Source: an uncultured Candidatus Saccharibacteria bacterium (GTDB lineage Bacteria > Patescibacteriota > Minisyncoccia > UBA6257 > 2-01-FULL-56-20). From it: a DNA stretch of 64,000 nucleotides. Below the pieces are notes generated by a model. That model was not told the DNA's origin and did no database searches. It worked only from the letters and a program-made list of their open reading frames with translations. Location of the stretch: assembly GCA_964365185.1 (NCBI GenBank), contig CAYIOP010000002.1, forward strand, positions 2,684 through 66,683. Direction: 5' to 3'. A program made the position numbers and the translations under genes. Shown here piece after piece: positions 1-6,322 of the stretch (the first letter of the stretch is position 1; the number at the start of each line of letters is the position of its first letter).

Positions 1-948
1 ATCGTTGATTTTTTTTGAATCCTCAGTGGTCGGCGTAAAAATGAGTCCTGGAAAATTTAAAATATCATCTCCTCCTCGAATCAAATCCGTTGTTCCTTGA
101 TTAAAATATTTTTTGTATTTCCGATAAACTTCAGTGAGTTTAATCGCAAGCGGACTATCAATATAAACCGGCACCTTGGGTATCCGACCTCGCTCCACTA
201 ATTCATTCAATTCAAAAAGTAGTTGTTGGGTTCTCTCCATCGCAAAAGCCGGAATCACCAAAACGCCTTTTGATTTAATAGTGTCTTCAATCGCGTCTTC
301 CAACATCTCTCTCCGAGCTGAAACATCTTCGTGCACTCTATCTCCATAAGCTGATTCAATCAAGCAATAGTCCGCTGCTGGCAACTCTTCGGTTGGATTG
401 ATAATTGGCGCTGGCGAATTTCCCAAGTCACCGGAAAAAACTATCGACTTACCCTCGGCCTCAATTTTAATAAACGCTGACCCTAAAATATGCCCTGCGT
501 CAAAAAATTCAATTTTAAAAACATCTAAATTAAAAATCTGGTGATACTCCACTCCCTGCCAAATCTTCATCACCTCTCCCACTTCCACTTCAGTATAGAG
601 CGGCGGCTTTTTTTCTCTCTCGGCTTCTTGGCCTAAAATATGCTCAGAATCCAAAAGTAAAAACTCCGCAAAATCCCGCGTGGCTGGAGTCGAAAAAATT
701 TTCCCCCGAAATCCATCTCGATAAAGTTTTGGGATGAGTCCAATGTGATCAATGTGCGAGTGAGTCACAAAAACCGCCTGAATCTCTTTCGGGTTAAAAG
801 GAAAAGGATCAAAATTTTGCCGCTCGGCAAAATTGCTGCCTTGATGTAATCCGCAGTCAATTAAAATCTTGGTCTTACCTTGATTAGCTTCTAATAAATA
901 ACTCGCGCCTGTCACCGTCCCTGCTCCGCCGTAAAAAGTAATCCTCAT
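1..948 (-). CDS. MBL-fold beta-CASP ribonuclease (Ysh1/CPSF73-like), 3' end runs off the window
   Basis: Not in the ORF track. Manual translation from ATG at 948 gives MRITFYGGAGTVTGASYLL...ILIDCG...VTHSHIDHIG (HxHxDH), then AGHILGS, VFSGDLG, ESAYG, IPAFAMER. Confidence 0.9.
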   Translation of the reverse strand, partial: MRITFYGGAGTVTGASYLLEANQGKTKILIDCGLHQGSNFAERQNFDPFPFNPKEIQAVFVTHSHIDHIGLIPKLYRDGFRGKIFSTPATRDFAEFLLLDSEHILGQEAEREKKPPLYTEVEVGEVMKIWQGVEYHQIFNLDVFKIEFFDAGHILGSAFIKIEAEGKSIVFSGDLGNSPAPIINPTEELPAADYCLIESAYGDRVHEDVSARREMLEDAIEDTIKSKGVLVIPAFAMERTQQLLFELNELVERGRIPKVPVYIDSPLAIKLTEVYRKYKKYFNQGTTDLIRGGDDILNFPGLIFTPTTEDSKKIND

Positions 949-1095
949 AAAATAAGTGCTCATATTCTAGCACTCCGCCCCAAACATTCCAAACGTCCCT
1001 TTAATAACCCCGAGCGAATATTTTTCTTTTAGAGAGACTATCAGAATCCCAGACGGGCTGGGTTATCCCTTTCTTTATAATTTTACTCTGAACGA

Positions 1096-1231
1096 GTTTT
1101 TGCTTTAAGAGAAGCTTTCGGACTGAGCCGTAGCTTGGTCCCGAGGCCTTAGCCGAGGGTACGGCGAAGAAGAAGCAGGGGGATTTAATTCGCTGGAAAT
1201 TAAATAACCCCGTTTCTCTTAAGGCAAAAGC
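1096..1231 (+). repeat. Structured element family A, copy 1 (candidate ncRNA or non-autonomous element)
   Basis: Outer stem TTTTGCTTTAAGAGAA / TTCTCTTAAGGCAAAA enclosing AAGCTTTCGGA-hairpin-AGAAGCAGGGGG-hairpin-AACCCCG; same architecture at 5944-6076. Confidence 0.7.
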
Positions 1232-1241
1232 GAGCGACCCC

Positions 1242-1270
1242 TTGACAGAACCAAAAAATAAGAATATAAT
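1242..1270 (+). promoter_or_regulatory. Consensus sigma70 promoter for the orphan genes at 1318-1926
   Basis: TTGACA (1242-1247), 17-nt spacer, TATAAT (1265-1270). Confidence 0.85.
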
Positions 1271-1317
1271 ATATTTTCACTTTGAAACTTGAAAACTAAT
1301 TTATAGAAAGGATTGAA

Positions 1318-1515
1318 ATGAAAAATCGGCTTTATTTCTTGATGGCGATTACTGGACTAATTTGGATGGCTATGACTGCCTGGCACTTTGGCCAGCCCGA
1401 AGTGATACGGGTCCACGCCTATCCAGTAGCCGCAATGACTCCCTGGATTCTCCCGGGCGCTATTATCGCAATTATCGGATTAGGGATGTTTCGTAAATCC
1501 CAACCCGAAAAATAA
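1318..1515 (+). CDS. Small two-TM membrane protein, hypothetical
   Basis: Two hydrophobic stretches; SD-like AAAGGGA upstream; follows a consensus promoter. Confidence 0.6.
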   Translation: MKNRLYFLMAITGLIWMAMTAWHFGQPEVIRVHAYPVAAMTPWILPGAIIAIIGLGMFRKSQPEK

Positions 1516-1545
1516 GAAACCTACATCACTAGAAAGAGGTGAGAA

Positions 1546-1926
1546 ATGTCTGATGAGTTATTCAAATTAGTGGATGAAAACTACCCGATCAAACCCAATC
1601 ACATCAACACAAAACAACATCTATACAACGCCTTCGGTAAATCCGAAGTTGAAACTTCCGCAGGTTACATAGTCAGGCTATGTCAACGAAAAGGCAACTG
1701 GATTCCCTTCTCTCAAGAAGAGATCCAAAAATTCTACGAAGAAGCTAGGGGAAAGAAAGAGGATTTTTGGTTTAACGGGCTCGATACCGGAGGTGTTGAA
1801 GGGTACAATCTTCCCTTCGTTCCAAAAGGAGAAGATGGGTTATACCGTATAACCCATGGCTTCGTAGCTAAATGTTTTGTCCATTCCCCTTGTCTTGAAT
1901 TAAAACCTCAAGAGCAAGCTGAATAA
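1546..1926 (+). CDS. Hypothetical protein
   Basis: 126-aa ORF with SD GAGGTG, followed by a terminator. Confidence 0.7.
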   Translation: MSDELFKLVDENYPIKPNHINTKQHLYNAFGKSEVETSAGYIVRLCQRKGNWIPFSQEEIQKFYEEARGKKEDFWFNGLDTGGVEGYNLPFVPKGEDGLYRITHGFVAKCFVHSPCLELKPQEQAE

Positions 1927-1965
1927 CCGAACAGGGTAGTCCCTAATTCTGGACATCCATTCCAT

Positions 1966-2000
1966 AAGTCGTCTATGCATCACTAGGCGGCTTTTTTATT
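1966..2000 (+). terminator. Intrinsic terminator
   Basis: AAGTCGTCTA-loop-TAGGCGGCTT followed by a T-tract. Confidence 0.75.
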
Positions 2001-2056
2001 TTTGAATTTCCTCCACCTGAACAAGTCCCGCCTAAGCGGGACGATCGAACACTCGA

Positions 2057-3325
2057 TCATTCGATCATTTTCAACACCTCCCCCACCGCCCCTCTCTCAC
2101 TCCACGGCAATTTCTTACCATTTTCAATATGAATAAATTCCTCACTCCCTTTGCCGGTTATAACCACCATGTCTCCTTCTTTCGCCAATCCAATCGCTTT
2201 TCTAATCGCCTCTTTCCTGTCCAAAATTTCTAAAACTTCTCGCGATTTGCTATTTGCTATTTGCAAAACCCCTTCCTTTAATTCATCTAAAATGTTTTGG
2301 GGTTTCTCATTGTACGGATCCTCATTCGTCAAAATTATCTCATCACAAAACTCCGCCGCAATTTTACCCATCACCGGCCGTTTCCACTTGTCTCTCCCGC
2401 CACCCGCCGCGCCCAATACACAAATCAATCTTCCTCTTTGCTCTTTGCCATTTGCGTTTTGCAAATTATCATAGACCCTACGCAAACTCTCCGGCGTATG
2501 CGCATAATCAATCACCACTTTAAACGGCTTCTCCTTTATAATTTCCATTCTTCCCGCCACTCCTTTAAATTCCAAAACCGCCTCCTTAATCACTTCGTCT
2601 TTTACTCCCACTAACTTTGCTAAACTTATGGCTGCGGATAAATTTTCCTGATTAAAATTACTAGAAAATAAATAAAGGTTATTGTCAATAGTAAGAAAAT
2701 ACTTCTTTAAATCCCTTTTAGAATAAAAATTAATTTTTTCTCTATTAAATTGATTTTTAAAAAAATCCGCGCTTTGATCATCCTGATTAAAAAATAATTT
2801 TCCGCCTTGCTTAAAAACTTTTTTAAAAAAATTTAATTTTGCTTGCCGATATTTTTCAAACGAGCCGTGCGCCTCAATATGCTCTGGCGCCAAATTTGTT
2901 AAAAGTCCGGCTTGCCACCGAATAAATCGGTGTCGCGACAAAACCACTCCTTCTGAAGTCACCTCGATTACTGCGTAGCGACATCCGGAGTTAACCGCTC
3001 TATTTAAAAATCGCTGAATAAACATTCTGCCCGGCATAGTGTTCTCGGTTAAATTTTTCTCCTGATCATTCCCGATTTTTACATAAAGCGAAGATAAAAA
3101 AGCTGTTTTTTCTTGCGCCTTATCTAAAATGCTTTTTAAAATTTCCATCACCGTAGTCTTGCCTTTAGTGCCGGTCACCCCAATCACCAAGATTTTCCGG
3201 CTGGGAAAAAAATAAATTAAAGCGCTAAAAAACGCCCATAAAAAATGGTAGGTTCTAACCAAAAATTTCAATTTATAAATTAACCGGAAAAATCCGGTTT
3301 GTTTTAAAAATCCCAAAGTATTCAT
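2057..3325 (-). CDS. murE: Mur ligase, MurE-like (short form lacking the usual N-terminal domain)
   Basis: IGVTGTKGKTT P-loop, TNLAPEHIEAH, GRME, IDYAHTP, NEDPYNE, ITGKGSE. Confidence 0.8.
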   Translation of the reverse strand: MNTLGFLKQTGFFRLIYKLKFLVRTYHFLWAFFSALIYFFPSRKILVIGVTGTKGKTTVMEILKSILDKAQEKTAFLSSLYVKIGNDQEKNLTENTMPGRMFIQRFLNRAVNSGCRYAVIEVTSEGVVLSRHRFIRWQAGLLTNLAPEHIEAHGSFEKYRQAKLNFFKKVFKQGGKLFFNQDDQSADFFKNQFNREKINFYSKRDLKKYFLTIDNNLYLFSSNFNQENLSAAISLAKLVGVKDEVIKEAVLEFKGVAGRMEIIKEKPFKVVIDYAHTPESLRRVYDNLQNANGKEQRGRLICVLGAAGGGRDKWKRPVMGKIAAEFCDEIILTNEDPYNEKPQNILDELKEGVLQIANSKSREVLEILDRKEAIRKAIGLAKEGDMVVITGKGSEEFIHIENGKKLPWSERGAVGEVLKMIE

Positions 3326-3326
3326 A

Positions 3327-3452
3327 CCCCGTAGGAAATTGCCGGAAAAGCGTTTTTGTAAATATAAGAATATGTTTTCATTAAAAACTAAGTTTTACAA
3401 AGGATTTCTAATTACTGCATCTTTGACGGCAAACGCTTTATTTCCTACGGGG
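3327..3452. mobile_element. 126-bp MITE-like element (family B) inserted at the murE start codon
   Basis: 13-bp TIR CCCCGTAGGAAAT / ATTTCCTACGGGG; flanking direct repeat CATA (TATG on the coding strand) at 3323-3326 and 3453-3456. Confidence 0.8.
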
Positions 3453-3467
3453 CATAAATAAATTAAG

Positions 3468-4049
3468 CTACTTACCCCGGCCGGATAAATTCTTCAAAGC
3501 CATTTTTAATTTATTCTCCAATGTGTCTTTTGAATCAAGTTTTGAAACTATATTTCTAACCTCATTTCTCTTATACCCCAAATCCACCAATACCTCAATC
3601 AAATCATTATTCGATTCTATTTTTGAAATCATATCTCCAGAACTAATGGTGCCAATTTTATTTCTTAATTCCAAAATAATTCTCTGGGCCAATTTTTCGC
3701 CTATCCCTCCGGCCTTAACCAAAAGGTCTCCTCTACCTTCCTTAATAGCTACTAAAACATCTTCCAAATGAGACGCCTCCATCACTGATCGAGCTGACTT
3801 CGGGCCAACTCCGCTAATAGAAATCAACAATTTAAAAAATTCCAGCTCTTTATCGCTGGAAAAACCATATAGTTCAATCCCACCTTCTTTGATATAAAGA
3901 TAGCAAAATATCGTAATTAAATCGCCTATCTTTACAGAGACCAGGAAATTTTTAAGGCAAAAGACCTGGAAACCGATTCCACCTACATCAACCACCAAAG
4001 AATTATCTCTGACTAAAACCGCTTTTCCGAATAAACTATAAATCACCAT
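3468..4049 (-). CDS. ruvA: Holliday junction branch migration protein RuvA
   Basis: VVDVGGIGFQV, ELYGF, LISISGVGPKSA, GIGEKLAQRIILEL, LVDLGY. Confidence 0.95.
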   Translation of the reverse strand: MVIYSLFGKAVLVRDNSLVVDVGGIGFQVFCLKNFLVSVKIGDLITIFCYLYIKEGGIELYGFSSDKELEFFKLLISISGVGPKSARSVMEASHLEDVLVAIKEGRGDLLVKAGGIGEKLAQRIILELRNKIGTISSGDMISKIESNNDLIEVLVDLGYKRNEVRNIVSKLDSKDTLENKLKMALKNLSGRGK

Positions 4050-4084
4050 CTTATTATAGCTAAATCAACAAATTAACCAAATTT

Positions 4085-4355
4085 AATGTTTAGCGCTAAA
4101 CATTCACTTTTCTTTTATCAGCCGATAAGTCGATAAAACCTACGTTTTTTGAAAAAACACTCAAAACAATGTTTAGCGCTAAACATCGATAATTAATCCA
4201 TAAACCGATAAGCCCGTAGAATCTAGATTTTTGCGAATTTTACTGAAAACAATGTTTAGCGCTAAACAATTTCTATCGTAGTAATCCGGCAAAATATACT
4301 ACTATATATAGTATTGCCGCATTTCCGTATATTAAGATGTTTAGCGCTAAACATT
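4085..4355. repeat. Array of four palindromes TGTTTAGCGCTAAACA (parS-like or operator-like)
   Basis: 20-bp units at 4085-4104, 4168-4187, 4251-4270, 4336-4355; spacing 83, 83, 85 bp. Confidence 0.9.
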
Positions 4356-4387
4356 AAACATTTCAAAAAATCTGCTAAAATTTAAAG

Positions 4388-4822
4388 GTGAATACAAAAA
4401 CAAGAGCTGAACATTTAACCATTGGAAAAATCGGCGAAAGCATTGCTCAAGAATACTTGCGTCACAAAGGGTATAGAATTATCGCCAAAAATTACCGTAA
4501 GCCCTGGGGAGAAATTGACTTAATCGCGAAATCCAAAGACCAAACTCTTGTTTTCTTCGAAATCAAAACCCTTAGGGATCGCGAATTAAGCCATCCATCA
4601 ATCATCCCAGAAGATAATCTCACTAATTCTAAACTTAAAAAACTCAAAAAAATTTGCGAAAGTTTTGCCAATTCAAATCCCCAGATCATAAACGAGAAAA
4701 GGGGATGGCAAATTGATCTTCTAACTCTGCTTTTAAAAAATCCTGAAAATCTAAATCAACCTAAGCTTTCGTTGACAGAAATAGAGAAATATTGTGAAAT
4801 AAAACATTATGAAAATATTTAG
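4388..4822 (+). CDS. yraN: YraN (UPF0102) family PD-(D/E)XK nuclease
   Basis: GKIGESIAQEYL, GYRIIAKNYR, GEIDLIA, LVFFEIKT, C-terminal IKHYENI. Confidence 0.9.
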   Translation: MNTKTRAEHLTIGKIGESIAQEYLRHKGYRIIAKNYRKPWGEIDLIAKSKDQTLVFFEIKTLRDRELSHPSIIPEDNLTNSKLKKLKKICESFANSNPQIINEKRGWQIDLLTLLLKNPENLNQPKLSLTEIEKYCEIKHYENI

Positions 4823-4869
4823 TTTTCTTTCCTCTTTATTCTTAATTCTCTATTCTATATTCTGTTAAC

Positions 4870-5412
4870 ATGTCTGGCCACAGTAAATGGTCCCAAATTA
4901 AACATCAAAAAGAAATTACCGACAAAAAGCGCGGCGCAACTTTTTCCAAACTTCTTAAAGCCATCTCCATCGCCGCCAAAGAAGACCCCAATCTCCAGTT
5001 TAATTTTCGCCTAAGAGCCGCTGTCCAAAAAGCCAAAGATTTAAATGTCCCGAACGACAATATTGAACGAGCTATAAAACGTGCCGCTGACCAAAGCGCC
5101 ACTCTTGAAGAATTAATTTTAGAGGCCTATGGCGAAGGTGGAGTAGCAATCTTAATCGAAGTCATCACCGACAATCGCAACCGAACCATTGCTGAAATCA
5201 AAAATATTTTAAAAAAAACCGACGGCAAGTGGGCTGAAACCGGCAGTGTGCGTTGGGCTTTCGAAGAAAATAAAAGCAGCGATAATGTATGGCCGACCAA
5301 ATTTAAAAAAAATCTTGACACTGAAAATATTACCAAACTTAAAAATCTTGTCTCCGCCCTCGAGGATCACGACGACGTCCAAAATGTTTTTACCAACACA
5401 GAATCAAATTAA
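4870..5412 (+). CDS. yebC: YebC/PmpR (TACO1) family protein, short 180-aa form
   Basis: MSGHSKWSQIKHQK, NIERAI, YGEGGVAI, TDNRNRT, LEDHDDVQNVFTN. Confidence 0.95.
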   Translation: MSGHSKWSQIKHQKEITDKKRGATFSKLLKAISIAAKEDPNLQFNFRLRAAVQKAKDLNVPNDNIERAIKRAADQSATLEELILEAYGEGGVAILIEVITDNRNRTIAEIKNILKKTDGKWAETGSVRWAFEENKSSDNVWPTKFKKNLDTENITKLKNLVSALEDHDDVQNVFTNTESN

Positions 5413-5418
5413 TTATCC

Positions 5419-5889
5419 ATGATAATTTTAGGCATTGATCCAGGCTATCGCCGCATCGGCTATGGTCTTATAAAAAAACATTCCGACTCACTGGAACTTA
5501 TAGCCGCTGATTTAGTTAAAATCAGCCAAACCGAAAACACCCGAGCTATTATTGAAACGCGTGATCAAATTCGCTTCTTAATTAAGCGCTACAATCCAAA
5601 AATTTTAGCGATTGAAAAACTTTTTTTCTCAAAAAACCAAAAAACCGCGCTTCTGGTCGCCGAAACTAAAGGCGTCATTCTATCTTGCGCCACAGAAAAG
5701 GGGATTACCATTCAAGAATATTCACCTAATGAAGTAAAGCTCGCTATCACCGGCTATGGCTTTGCCGATAAACAGTCCGTAGCTAAAATGATTCGCTTAA
5801 TTTTAAAAAGACCCGACCTAAAAGTGATTGATGACGTGAGCGACGCCATTGCTCTGGCTATTACCGCCATCAATCGCAAACTTAGCTAA
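5419..5889 (+). CDS. ruvC: Holliday junction resolvase RuvC
   Basis: IILGIDPG, AIEKLFF, EYSPNEVK, GYGFADK, DDVSDAIALA. Confidence 0.95.
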   Translation: MIILGIDPGYRRIGYGLIKKHSDSLELIAADLVKISQTENTRAIIETRDQIRFLIKRYNPKILAIEKLFFSKNQKTALLVAETKGVILSCATEKGITIQEYSPNEVKLAITGYGFADKQSVAKMIRLILKRPDLKVIDDVSDAIALAITAINRKLS

Positions 5890-5943
5890 TCAAAAATAAA
5901 ACAACCGCTGGTCCTCAAAAGAAAAACATCCCCTATGAGTGAA

Positions 5944-6076
5944 TATTTTCTTTTTCAGGAAGCTTTCGGAATCCCGCCGATACTTTGGTATAAAAACTTA
6001 TCAATCCGGCGGGATGAGAAGCAGCGGGCGTTCACAGCTCTAGGTGAACGAACCGCGATTCCTTAAAAGAAAAATA
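5944..6076 (+). repeat. Structured element family A, copy 2
   Basis: Outer stem TATTTTCTTTTTCAGGAA / TTCCTTAAAAGAAAAATA enclosing AAGCTTTCGGA-ATCCCGCCG/CGGCGGGAT-GAGAAGCAGCGGG-CGTTCAC/GTGAACG-AACCGCG. Confidence 0.7.
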
Positions 6077-6106
6077 GGAGTGAAAAGTTATGCACAAATC
6101 TCATAT

Positions 6107-6134
6107 TTGACAATCAAAGAAATCAAAATATACT
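6107..6134 (+). promoter_or_regulatory. Sigma70-type promoter
   Basis: TTGACA (6107-6112), 16-nt spacer, TATACT (6129-6134). Confidence 0.6.
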
Positions 6135-6176
6135 AAAGCCAAAATTATTTAAAAAGGTCGGGAAAACTAGCGGCTT

Positions 6177-6293
6177 ATGGAAAAAAGTTTAAATAATAAC
6201 GCCGACGAAGAAAACGAATTTCTCGAAGGGGGTCTAGATGAAAGCGAACTGGAAAATGATTTCGCCAAACTCGACGAGGAGGAAGAATTTTAA
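6177..6293 (+). CDS. Putative 38-aa highly acidic small protein
   Basis: MEKSLNNNADEENEFLEGGLDESELENDFAKLDEEEEF; below the ORF-track cutoff; promoter upstream. Confidence 0.5.
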   Translation: MEKSLNNNADEENEFLEGGLDESELENDFAKLDEEEEF

Positions 6294-6322
6294 CGTTCGT
6301 AGGTTTTAATAGAACCTCTTTT

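Noticed and set aside
1124-1212. Group II intron domain V/VI resemblance (GAGCCGTA...GTACGG...GGGGG...CCCC)
   Set aside because: Copy 2 of the motif does not keep the AGC triad helix, geometry is wrong, and no upstream intron domains or RT are present.
4085-4355. CRISPR array interpretation of the palindrome array
   Set aside because: Repeats are only 16-20 bp perfect palindromes, spacers are 63-65 bp and two resemble each other, and no cas genes are present.
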